Shown here: positions 16,501-27,450 of the stretch, piece after piece
How positions within the stretch are numbered: the stretch's first letter is position 1
Layout of the letters: every line of letters starts with the position of its first letter
NCBI GenBank assembly: GCA_028534125.1
Contig: CM052832.1
Coordinates: 16,308,001 to 16,372,000, forward strand
Source of the DNA: Lama glama
Lineage: Eukaryota
Length of the DNA stretch: 64,000 nt
Direction: 5' to 3'
The notes under the pieces: model-generated
What the model saw: only the letters and a program-made list of their open reading frames with translations
Databases searched by the model: none
Told to the model about the DNA's origin: nothing
Program-made: the position numbers and the translations under genes

Positions 16501-17249
16501 ATTTGAACACAAGTCAGGGGTACAGAAAGGGTTGAAGAACTGTTGATTGTTTGGTTGGCTTTTTTTCTTATAATATAAAGGGGGAATTGGAAGGAGTGAC
16601 AGGAAACTGAAAGGGGAAGGCAGAGTGCTCATTTCTACGAATGGGACAAAGTGAACTTGGAAGACTACAGCATGGTGAGTGCCACCTGGGTCAGCAGCCA
16701 GATTCTAACCTGGAGCTCCCACCCCCCAGCACGGGCCCTCCTGCTGGGCACACACTCTCACCCCTCCCCCAGCCCCTTGGCTCAGGATTGGAGGGGCTCT
16801 GGGCTCTCCTGTTTACCAGGCTGCTCTGAAACAATGGAAAAAGAGCCCAACAAGTAATATTGAGCAGCAAACACCGGGGACCAGGCATCAGGTGCACTTT
16901 TTCACTAATTCAGTCCTGACAACCAGAAGTCATTATCGGGCAGAAGCAGGAGGTTGTCCATCATTTTTCCCAAAAGAGGATTAGGAAGGATTACCACAAT
17001 GAAAGGGTAGGTCTTCCCTTTCCTAATGTTCTGGATAAAATATTTTTTAAAACACATTTTTAGCGTAAGGCTTAGCTGGTGAAAAGTAAGGAGAATCTTC
17101 AAAAACCATAAATAATAGGAAGAACCTAGAAAAATGAGCCCTGGAGCTGGCATTTGCCCTGGGGACATCAGTCAATGCTCAGAGCTCAAGTCAGGATTTC
17201 AGCAGATCACAGATTTGGAGTCAGGGTACAAAACCAAGGTGTTGAGAAG

Positions 17250-18037
17250 TTCTGTAAGTTGTGAGTGGATGTCAAAATGGAGTCAGTATTGCTAAGAGAG
17301 CGCTCCAGAATGGAGCTAGGAGGCCATTAAGGAAGCATGACTTAAGCGGCTCTCAGCCTGGATGGACTCTCACCTTTTGGTCTTATGAAGTCATCCAGAA
17401 CACCTGCCAGAAATTCAAGATACTTGTAAAATAACTCATGACAGTCCACTTATCAGACCCCTGCCCTAAAACAACTTGTGATTCTCTGTGGACACATATT
17501 TTCGGACTTAGTCAATCACAATTCTCACCAGGCAACTTTTAACAACCTGTGGCTTTTTGTCTTTACGAGCCCCTGACTCTTTCACAGAACACTCTTTCAA
17601 GGTTACCCAAACCTGTGTCTCCCAAATTGTAATTTTTTTTTCATTTTGTGGGGAGGTAATTAGGTTTATTTTTTTTTAATGGAGGTACTGGGGATTGAAC
17701 CTAAGACCTTATACATGCTAAGCACATGCTCTACCACTGAGCTATACCCTCTCCCGCAAATTGTAATTCTTTTCTATTTAAAAAAAATTTTTCCCTAGAT
17801 AGTGAGGTTCATTTTTAACTTTGTCTTCCTTTTATCCAGGGGTGGGGGAAGGTAATTAGGTTTATTTCTTAATTTTTTTTTTAGTGGAGGTGCTGGGGAT
17901 TGAACCCAGGACCTCCGGCATTCTAGGCATGAACTCTATCACTGAGCTATACCCTCCTCCCCCAAACTGTAATTCTTAAGACCCCAAATAAACCATTCTT
18001 ATTTGCAGCCTCCTGCACTGTTTTTTTTTAGGTGACA
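17250..18037 (+). mobile_element. Solo ERV LTR interrupted by two minus-strand vic-1-like SINEs (~17635-17756 and ~17775-17962)
   Basis: Starts TGTAAG with AAAATGGAGTCA, has AATAAA near 17987 and ends TGACA. The SINE heads are clear; the LTR family is not assigned. Confidence 0.6.
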
Positions 18038-18716
18038 AAATTAAATAAGAGCCTTTTTCCAACCTGCTCTGCTCACGACATAGCAGTACTGCCTAGGGTG
18101 CAAAATTTAAAAGAACACCAAAAAACTCAGGAATCCAGGTAAATCATATTTTAATGCAGTATATTTTTAAAATAACCTCGTGCATTCTAAGCATATAGTC
18201 TACCCCTGAGCTATACCTCCAGCCCACTAATGCAATATTTTTTTTTAAATCAAATTGGGAAACTACAGCTCACAGGCTGGCTACCTTTCTTTGTAAATAA
18301 AGTATCAAAAAGCCACATCTTCAGTGGGTGAACTGGCCTCCATCTTTGCTGTGAATAGAGAGAGGAAAAAACAGTGGGGGGTGGGGCAGAATAAATAACA
18401 GTGTCTCTGGAAAATTCCTAACAAAAGTTCACATTCCTGTGGGACTAATGCCAGAAATCACGTTTCCTGTGGCCCTCAAATCTGCAAGCCACGTATTTAG
18501 AAGTACTAGGTCTTAAGCTCAGTGGTGAGTATGTTGTTTTAGTCTCCTTTAAATTGTACAGAATTGTTATATACTCTTGTATATAATAATAGATAGAAAA
18601 TAAAAAGTAAAATAAAATGAAATAGGGGGAGATAAACAAGTAAATAAACAGAAGGAAAAAGATAAATGGAGATCACTGGGTAACTTGGCAAAATACAGCC
18701 ACAAAGGCGGTACCCA

Positions 18717-19209
18717 TGTTACTGACCAGGGTTCTTGGCCTCCTTAATCAATAAAAATTGATAAGATGCCAGATGAGAAATTAAGGCAAGACTTTGCTGG
18801 GACTCCTGCTGCAGCACAAGGGAGCGAAAATAAGTAACAGTTTCCCTTGCTCACTCCCTGGTGAGCTGGTACCTTAAGAGGGGTGAGGGTAGGGGCAGAT
18901 CCAGGGGTAGGGCCGGAGCGGTGGCTTAGGTGGTCTGCCCACCCCCTTGGTGGTGCTGTGTGCAAGGATCACACACCAGTACCCTGCCTCTGCTCCCAGC
19001 ATCTCAAAGTGGCAGTTGGGTGTTGGGTCTTTTTGTATCTTGTTCATAACTTGCCCCAGCCAACTGCTCATGCACAGTTATTTTTAGTGCCTTAATAGTT
19101 TCTTTTCTATTGCTCTGTCCCAATGCAAGCATTGCAGCCCAGAGTCCCACATCGCAGCCTATGCAAGCACTGAGCAAAGGGCTCAGGCCCCATGTCCCAG
19201 CCTATCTCA
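18717..19209 (-). mobile_element. Solo ERV1-class LTR
   Basis: TG...CA termini (TGTTACTGACCAGGG...CCTATCTCA) flanked by a perfect 4-bp TSD CCCA (18713-18716 and 19210-19213). Orientation is inferred from resemblance to cetartiodactyl LTRs. Confidence 0.8.
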
Positions 19210-19738
19210 CCCAGAGTGAATGACCCAATGTGCATCAAGAGAGGGTGAGGATGAAAGGAAGAGTGAAGATGCAAAATCAACTTATTGTTTCGGTGTCTTC
19301 AGCCCAGCTAACTTTGCATTGTTCCTGTTACCCAGTTTAAGGGACGTGTGTTGTTTAACCTCCAGCAAGATTGGTAAGACATTAAGGTGCCCTTGCCATT
19401 GGAGGTGGGAGCCTGGTAGAGAGCAACTAACATGGGTTCCCTGGGATGTCCTGCCAGCCCCAGTGGCAGTTCTTTAGTCAAAGTTCTAAAAGGAGAGGTC
19501 AGAGGAAGGCCAGTGTCTCAGTATGTCTGAGTCTCAGTAAGGCACTTGATAAAGTCAAGGGGACCACAGGGAAATTTCCCACAAGGGGACCCATGTATAC
19601 AAAAAAAAAGGGAAATTCATTTGCCACCACTGAAGACACTTTTACACCAGCTCCTTACACTACTGTAAACACAGGAAAAGACTAAACCTTTCTCCTATCT
19701 TTGCAGTAGGAACAAGTAATTCAGGTTAGATAAAGTAC

Positions 19739-22700
19739 TTAACCACTTAACCAAGCAGGACCCTATGGGGACTTCCCAGGACAGACCTCTCCCCTATATC
19801 CTCTGCAGTAGCTCCTCTCTGAAATACTCAATAATGGTGTCTCATACATATTTCCTGAGGTTTTTTTCAGATGCTAAAACCCACTACCAAATGGAAGAAA
19901 TTAACTACTTGATGATTATTAGCAAAGAGCCCCCAGGCCTTCTGGCACCTAAGGATTGATTACCATCAACCAGAGAATTGTGCACAGCTGATTACATACC
20001 CTGGGACGCCCTCCACACCTCAGCTGGCCTTTAAAAATTCCCAGCTGAAACCTTCCAGGGTGCTCGGGTTTTGGGGGCATTAGCCACTCATTCTCCTTGC
20101 TTAGCCCAGCAATAAACTTTTCTGTGTTCTAGACTCCAACTTTTTAGTATCTTTTTGGCCTCACTGTGCATTGGGCACAAGAACTTGTGATCAATAAGAA
20201 TTTTGGCAAGGCCAGCCTAGGAGTTTGTGCCAGTAACAGGTCCACCCTGGCCCAAAGCAGCCTCTATCCTGGGTCCCAGCAGCTGCTGGAGGCCTCTTTG
20301 CTTTAGGAACTGGGAGGGACTCTCCCTAACAGGCGCTAGCTGCCCCACAGCATGAGGCTGTTTGGAGCTGAAAAACATCCAGAGCTATGGTCCACATTCA
20401 GTGTCGCCTGGGGTGAGTCTGGGGTGAGTCGCTCCTGCTTGCACAGGCTGGGAACTCTCTGCACTCTATCTGGAGTCATTCCCTTGTGGGAAGGGAGCTG
20501 CTCTGGGCTCAGTACAAGACACCCTGGGTCCATTCTCTTTTAAGAGCCAGGCCACTCTGGAATCCTCCGTCTGCGAGTGGAAATGAATTTTGAGGCTACA
20601 CTTCATCTGACCTTTTATTTGTGGGACCATATTTGTTATCTCTGTGTGTTTTAGTACTTGCATTGATCAGTTGAGACATCTTTGGCAAGTAAAAGGGCTC
20701 ACGGGTGACGACATCCAGGTATCCTCTATTGCATTTGCTTCACCTGTAGCTCATCTTTGGTTGAGATTTTCCCTTTCTAGCCTTGGTCATTCATTCAGCT
20801 TCATCTCTGATGGGGCATTGGTTGGGAATCCCCCTTTTGGGGGCTAGGGAACTGTGACCGTGAGAGACCATTTTCTTGATATTTGATAACATCAGCTGTG
20901 AATAACGAAGTATGGATGATCGGAGCTCTGTTCCATCTTAACATCCCCCTAGGGTGTATTTTGCAAAACTGGGAGGCCTTCAGCTGTGCTCCTGAAAATT
21001 AAAGATTAATGAAATTTTTTATTGTAACACTGTTTGGGCTCAGTACTCCCTCAGATCAGAACAATGGCCCCTAATGGGTCTGCTATTATATCAAAATGGG
21101 CCTTTTGCAATTGCTTTGGCTTTTATCTTGGCGGGGGGTGGGGGTGGGTTGAGAGTCTCAGTGGTACCTGAGTCCAAATCCTGCTCTCTCCTTCTGATTT
21201 TGCTAAAAGTGAGGCATGTGAGTATGAGCGAATGATACATATATTATTGTCTATTACTATTCTTTCTTTAAACTGAGGTGGCGATTTGGGAACTGGGGAA
21301 AAAAATCCCTGAAAATAGCCAAGATGGTTGGGTTTTATAAAAGCAGTTAGAAGAGGAATTTGTATTTCTCTTCCTGTGCCTTTGAGATGTGGATGATCTA
21401 CCTGAGCTGTCGAGGGAAAAAAAGAGGTTTTTAAAAAGTCAGTCGATTTCATTCAAATCTCTATTCCTCTAGGAAGGATTAAAATAAAAAACTAAAAAAA
21501 AAAAAAAAAAGTCAGTCAGAACAACTGAGGTCTCTGGTTCTGTCTTTACGTAAAAAATTAACTTGTAAGTGAGTTCTACTTGATTGACTCGAAGGTCGGT
21601 GCTTGCAAATTAAATACTTCTAAGTACAAAATAAGCTAGATAGAACAAATTTCAGGTTCATGGGATCTAAGAAATATTCAATATTGAGTTGATCTGATAT
21701 GAACGCTAGCTTGAGCTTGTTGGTATAATCAATACAGACATGTCTTACTGTATCTAGGTTTACTACAGGTCAGTAGGTTCATGTTTCTGTTGCAGAGTTT
21801 CTCAGCAGAAAGAAAAAATTAACTTGGTATGAAATTCTTATAAGTAAATGAGATGCAGATGAGATAAGAGCCTTTGGGTGAACTCTTTGGAAATAATTAG
21901 TTTTAGGAATGTCTACTTAAAAATGATCTCTGCAGATATTTGGTAACTTAAAATTTTGGAGTTGTGCTAAATAAAGTTAAATGATGGAAATTTATTGAAT
22001 AGTTGAACAGCAAGATCATTCCCAAACAAAATAAGATACTGAAACATTCACTGGAGTTTAAGATTTTTAAGAATTGAGGATTCTAATTTAAATATGTAAA
22101 TGAAGCTACTGGAAGTAATGGGAGAGACATTTCAGTGTATAGCAGTGTTTTGAGTTAAAATTTTAAAAAAAGGTATGAGGAATGGAATTGCATTTGTTGA
22201 GGGGAAAAAAGTGATTTGTCCTAGAGCTGGGTGTTCTAGATGTGGACAAAAGGGGACACACTAATATGGATAGAGGAAGTTGAGGAAAGGTTGTTAAGAA
22301 AGGGCGCCCTGAAAAAGTTCTGTGCACGGTCAGGCTGAGATTAGATTAAACTTAATTAGGTAAATGGATTTTGTTATTCAAAGTAGGCTGGTGCAGGACT
22401 GGATTTGGTCCCTCTGTGTTAAGAGAACAAGTTTACTTAGAATACTTCTGATAATAGATTGTGTGAAACTTACGTGATATTTTTGACAGGCTTTCTATCA
22501 AATTCTAATTAAAGTTCTTTTGACTTCAGCTGGCTTTGGGATGCTTCAGAGGGCCCCTGAGACATCTCAGAAAAAAATATTTAACTGGTATTGGTTGGTA
22601 TGTTGCATTGCACAGGAAGTATTGTCAAATGACTGATGAACCTCCTTGGATTATACATCATACAGCTGTTAATATGGGTACTCTAGAAATTATACAAAGT

Positions 22701-24979
22701 TTCTGAAATTTAGATATGTGCTAGTATAATACTGTCAGGCATAATTCTGGTGGTTATCTTGGAATGTTGTATGTCACAGCAACCTGATTAAGCTTCTTTG
22801 TCAAAAACATTGTGATCGGATCTCTTACCTTGTCTTTTTGGGTCTTCTGTCATTCATAGACAGTTAAGCTGATACTCTGCAGAACTACTTCATCTTCAAG
22901 AACATTCAAAAAACAATTTAAGGGGGAGAGTACAGCTCAGTGGTAGAGTGCGTGCTTAGCACGCACAAGGTCCTGGGTTCAATCCCCACTACCTCCACTA
23001 AAAAATAAAAGATTAATTTAAAAATACATAAAGAAACGTAATTACCCCCCCAAAAAAAAGAAGATTCATAAAAAGGACTTTTTGACAAGTACAGATTTCT
23101 TTTAAATCATACTACTGAGCTAGGTAAGATATTTAAGAAGTCTAAAGAAAACTGATTTCATGAAACTGTTGAAGGGATTGTTTGCATAGGATTGAGTGAA
23201 CTGATGAATATGGTTATAATTTTTTGGTTGTCTGAAGTATTACTGGCTTTTAATCTATGTTTTATAATTGACCTGTTTATCAAATGTTTTTCTTCCTATC
23301 AATATTGCCCCCAGTGTTTAGGATATAAAGAATTCTCTGACGGAGTTGTCACAGAGTATAACTACTCATGATGTACAACAACGCTTGCTTTAAGTTTATT
23401 GCTAAAAGCACATGAATCATGCTTGTGTAACAATTGGATGAGTGATCAAATGTTTAGCCTGTGTTACCTGATGAACATACATGTGAGCCTGTTCACAATG
23501 TCTGATTCGTTTTCCCCAATGTGGTTAACGAGGCAAATATAAAGGAGGCCTAGCAGCAAGGCACATGATCTAAACCTGGGCAGGAGCTACCACCCCAGCA
23601 TCGAGGGACAGGTATTCTCATCATCAGTGCTTTCTATTGAAAGATTTGTAATCAAAAGGGGAAATGATGGGGAAATCTGCACATATTGAGATATGGGGGA
23701 GTCATTCTGGCTTATGTGTGCCTTGGCTTAAACTTTACTGACCAAAGAGGCCTGCTTTATGGTCTTTTGGACATGCATTGTACATCTGCTTTGGGCACTG
23801 AGGAGGAGAATGCATTTGAAAGTGTAAATAGAGTAGCTGTGGTCCAAAGTAAAACTAGGTGGCCATTGTGGACGTGATTTCAGACACACTCCTGTGTTGT
23901 TAAGAACTCTAATTTTCTGAGCTGTGTCATACTCGGGACACCACCAGCCACTCTCAAAGCAGTGTCTGCTGGCTTATGGCAGCTGCAACCTCATGATCTC
24001 AAGGTCTCCTCTTGTAACTATTAAGTTTTTAGACAATAAAATTGCTTTAGATCAGATATTAGCAGAAAAAAGATGTGTAGTGACCAATAACTCTTGTTAT
24101 ATATAGGTTAATACCACCTGAAAAGTTAAAACCTACTCAGATAAAAGTAGACAACTGGCTACCTGGCTACAAGTCTCCCCCAAAGTGCCAGGTAAGACTG
24201 GTTTTCAGGCTTATTCTCCTGAATTCCTCAGGGAATGAGATCTTAATCTTAATCATACAAGACTCTGATCCAGGACTTGGAACTCAGAAATATTTCCAAC
24301 TCAGTGTCCATTCCTCAAATCAAGGTAGGACTATGCCCCATTTAAGCAGGAAGCGGCCAGAGTGGCCATCACCCTACTCCCTGAAAGACTTGGGTTGGGA
24401 TGAAACAGGATTGGAGAGTGAAACTGAGTTCCTCTGCTGAGTTTATGATTAACCTCTCTGTCCAAAATACTATTCCCCTTCTTGTCCAGCACCTGATCTC
24501 CTCAAGTAGAGAAGTATCAAAGAAAAGCAGGGAATTGTAACCAAGTAAGTCCCTATGGGGCCTTCATGGGACAGACCTCTCCCCCATATCCTCTGCTGCA
24601 GCTCCTCTCTGAAGTACCCAGGTAATAGTATCTCATGTATATTTCCTGAGTTCTTCAGATGCTAGAAACCATGACCAAACAGAAGAAATTACTTGATCAT
24701 GAGCATGTAGCCCCCAGACCTTCTGGGCCTAGGGATTGATCACCATCAACCAATCAGAGAATTGTGCACAGCTGATCACATACCCTGGGATGCGCCAGTC
24801 TCAGCTGGCCTTTAAAAATGCTTAGCTGAAAACTTCCAGGAAGTTCAGGGGTTTGAGGGGCTTGAGCCACCCATTCACTTACTTGGCCCAGTAATAAATC
24901 TTTCTCTGCTCCAAACTGTAACAGTTCAGTATCTTTTTGGCCTCACTGCGTGGGGCACAGGAACTTGCATTTGGTAGCA
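19739..24979 (+). mobile_element. Degenerate, internally deleted ERV1-class (MER4-group-like) provirus
   Basis: 5' LTR ~19739-20199 and 3' LTR 24536-24979 align to each other. Degenerate tRNA-Arg PBS TGGCAAGGCCAGCCTAGGAG at ~20204-20223. Gag matrix remnant PLGCILQNW / FYCNTVWAQY at 20946-21080. Env TM remnant LDNKIALDQILAEKRCVVTNNSC at ~24025-24170. PPT AAAGAAAAGCAGGGAA before 24536. Candidate TSD GTAC. Confidence 0.85.
22921..23060 (+). mobile_element. tRNA-Ala-derived SINE (vic-1-like) inside the provirus
   Basis: GGGGGAGAGTACAGCTCAGTGGTAGAGTGCGTGCTTAGCACGCACAAGGTCCTGGGTTCAATCCCC plus A-rich tail; imperfect TSD AAGAA(C/G)ATTCA. Confidence 0.9.
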
Positions 24980-25099
24980 GTACCAGTAGATGAGATGACA
25001 TTACTTACTTGACAGAGGAATGTAGAATGTCAGTGAATAAGTGTAGGAAGAATAATCAAATTAGAAAATAATCATTTTGCAAACTTAAATGAAAATTTC

Positions 25100-25579
25100 C
25101 ATTCTAAATGTGCCCTCCCTGAACGAGGAGGACGAGAAGTTGAGATGGGGAGAATTCTATACAAACAGAACTTGCTGAAGTATTTCTTGGCGAGGGTATA
25201 GCTCAGTGGTAGAGCGCGTGCTTAGCATGCAGGAGGTCCTAGGTTCAATTCCCAGTACCTCCATTAAATAAACAAAGAAACAGACCTAGGCCCTGCCCCG
25301 CACACACACAAGAACTTGTTAAAATACTTCCTATCTTCCATTAGCCTCCCCCACATAGTTTAGACACTTATCCACAATTGCATCTTTGATTCAACCTAAC
25401 ATAAAAACAAGTAGGTTTTGCCATGTCTTTGCATCTTTATTTCCCTACGACGTCTCCTGTGTAATGTAAAATTTACATTAAATAAGTGTGTGTGCTTTTC
25501 TCCTGTTAATCTATGTCAGGTTGAAAAGACCCAGCCAGGGACCCTAAGAGGGTCAGGGAAAACGTTTTCCACCCCTACA
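25100..25579 (+). mobile_element. MER34-like LTR fragment containing a vic-1-like SINE (25189-~25310)
   Basis: 3' end TGCTTTTCTCCTGTTAATCT...GACCCTAAGAGGGTCAGGGAAAACGTTTTCCACCCCTACA resembles MER34-group LTR ends. The SINE is flanked by AACTTG(C/T)T(G/A)AA(G/A)TA(T/C)TTC repeats. Confidence 0.65.
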
Positions 25580-25796
25580 CAGGCAACGATCATCAGTAGA
25601 TGCTAAAATCATTAGATTAATGTTGATGGGGGCTGGATATTCTTTTTTTGTTGTTCAGTAAACATTTATTGTGCCCTGCTTTATGCCAGGCACTATTTTA
25701 TGTGTTTGGACTATATCAGAATATAACAGGCAAAAAAACTTGCCCTTGTAGCATTTATATTTCAGAGATGCATACTAATAGGAAGTGATTTAAATT

Positions 25797-26280
25797 ACTT
25801 TTTTAATTGAAGTATAGTTGATTTACAATGTTGATTACAATGTTGTGTTAGTTTTTGGTGTACAGCATAATGATTTGGTTATACATATATATATTCTTTT
25901 TCATATTCTTTATTTTAGGTTATTACAAGCTATTGAAAATAGTCCCGTTCTATACAGTAGACCCTTCTTGTTTATCTATTTCATATATAGTAGTTTGTAT
26001 CTGCTAATCCCAAACTCTCAATTTATCCCTCCCCCACTGGATTTCCCCTTTGGTAAGTATGTTTGTTTTCTATGTCTGTGAGTCTGTTTCTGTTTTGTAA
26101 ATAAGTTCATTTGTGTCTTTTTTTTGGAGTCCATATATAAGTGATATCATGTATTTGTCTTTCTCTGACTTACTTCCCTTGGTATGATAATCTCTAGGTC
26201 CATCCATGTTGCTACAAATGGCATTATTTCATTCTTTTTTATGGATGAGTCAAGTAGCCCATGGTAGATATATATCACAA
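25797..26280 (-). mobile_element. L1 3' UTR fragment (cetartiodactyl-type)
   Basis: TTTTAATTGAAGTATAGTTGATTTACAATGTT...GGTCCATCCATGTTGCTACAAATGGCATTATTTCATTC; closely similar to the copy at 55405-55787. Confidence 0.85.
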
Positions 26281-26324
26281 CTTCTTTTTTTTTTTTATCA
26301 GGACTTCTCTCTTTATTTTTTTTT

Positions 26325-26824
26325 NNNNNNNNNNNNNNNNNNNNNNNNNNNNNNNNNNNNNNNNNNNNNNNNNNNNNNNNNNNNNNNNNNNNNNNNNNNN
26401 NNNNNNNNNNNNNNNNNNNNNNNNNNNNNNNNNNNNNNNNNNNNNNNNNNNNNNNNNNNNNNNNNNNNNNNNNNNNNNNNNNNNNNNNNNNNNNNNNNNN
26501 NNNNNNNNNNNNNNNNNNNNNNNNNNNNNNNNNNNNNNNNNNNNNNNNNNNNNNNNNNNNNNNNNNNNNNNNNNNNNNNNNNNNNNNNNNNNNNNNNNNN
26601 NNNNNNNNNNNNNNNNNNNNNNNNNNNNNNNNNNNNNNNNNNNNNNNNNNNNNNNNNNNNNNNNNNNNNNNNNNNNNNNNNNNNNNNNNNNNNNNNNNNN
26701 NNNNNNNNNNNNNNNNNNNNNNNNNNNNNNNNNNNNNNNNNNNNNNNNNNNNNNNNNNNNNNNNNNNNNNNNNNNNNNNNNNNNNNNNNNNNNNNNNNNN
26801 NNNNNNNNNNNNNNNNNNNNNNNN
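26325..26824. other. Assembly gap (500 N)
   Basis: Run of exactly 500 N, likely a placeholder of unknown true length. Confidence 0.99.
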
Positions 26825-27100
26825 GTCCTCGGAGGCAGTGGGTCTGCAAAAGCTGTCCTCACGGACTACACAACGCACCTCGCGTCTCAGCTGGCTTGCA
26901 GTTGCTCTAGGGCGGAACGGCTGTGTTTATAATTCTTCATGGAGCCCCTCCTTTTTCCTCCTCAGCCAATCACCGAGCTCGGCGGAGCTGCCAGGTCGGG
27001 AATTTTCCAGGGGTTTCGCCTCAAGTCCTGCCCCCTGGCTTTCTGGGACCAATCAGCGCCCTGTGTCTCGTCCCTCCCAGAACTCTCCAGACTCTTCTGG
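26825..27100 (-). promoter_or_regulatory. HSPA1A: Heat-inducible HSP70 promoter and start of 5' UTR; gene body lies in the gap
   Basis: Minus-strand TATAAA (26926-26931), CCAAT boxes (26966-26970, 27049-27053), proximal HSE GGCGAAACCCCTGGAAAATTCCCG (~26997-27020) and distal HSE CCCAGAAGAGTCTGGAGAGTTCTG (~27078-27101). Head-to-head with HSPA1L. Confidence 0.88.
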
Positions 27101-27199
27101 GGCTTGCTGGGCTGGCACTGTCACCGGGAGGGGGAGGTGGAATGGGTAGAGAGTTAGTGGGGTCAGCCGGCTGCGGGGGCGGGGCGGCGGCGGGTTGGG

Positions 27200-27450
27200 A
27201 GAGGAGGGTGGGGCGTGAGTGTTGACGCTTCCTGCCGCCGAGTCGCGTTACAATGGAGATACTGCCTCTGACGTCACGGACTATTAGGGAATCAGGAGGA
27301 TAGGACTGAAGCCGGCTCAGAGTTGTAGGGTGGGCGGGTGGGGGGTGGGGGGACACCGTCTGTGCAGTTTGAATATTGAGGGAGCCCCCAGCTACAGGGG
27401 CTCCGCAGTCCGAACCCTATCAAACTGGATCGAAGGCGGCGGGATACTAG
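27200..27450 (+). promoter_or_regulatory. HSPA1L: HSPA1L promoter and non-coding exon 1
   Basis: Perfect CRE TGACGTCA at 27269-27276; donor TAG|GTGAGC at 27450/27451; matching acceptor CCACAG at 28616, 13 nt before the ATG. Confidence 0.7.

Noticed and set aside
18300..18375. Minus-strand acceptor-like site (pyrimidine tract + CACAG) followed by ATG
   Set aside because: The frame closes after ~12 codons, and I found no linked exons or snoRNA boxes to tie it to SNHG32.
23924..24170. Possible domesticated env (syncytin-like) gene
   Set aside because: Only a short TM remnant with in-frame stops and a degraded CX6CC motif; no SU domain or long ORF.
25189..25263. Apparent tRNA-Ala(AGC) gene (also 22921-22997 and 14161-14235)
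   Set aside because: Mismatches in the anticodon and T stems, A-rich tails and target-site duplications show these are SINE copies.
13300..26324. Searched for SNORD48/SNORD52 and SNHG32 exons expected by synteny
   Set aside because: No recognisable match by eye; they are presumed to be in the gap. An Infernal/Rfam scan would settle it.
26147..26932. Long ORFs with X runs
   Set aside because: Artefacts of translating across the N gap.
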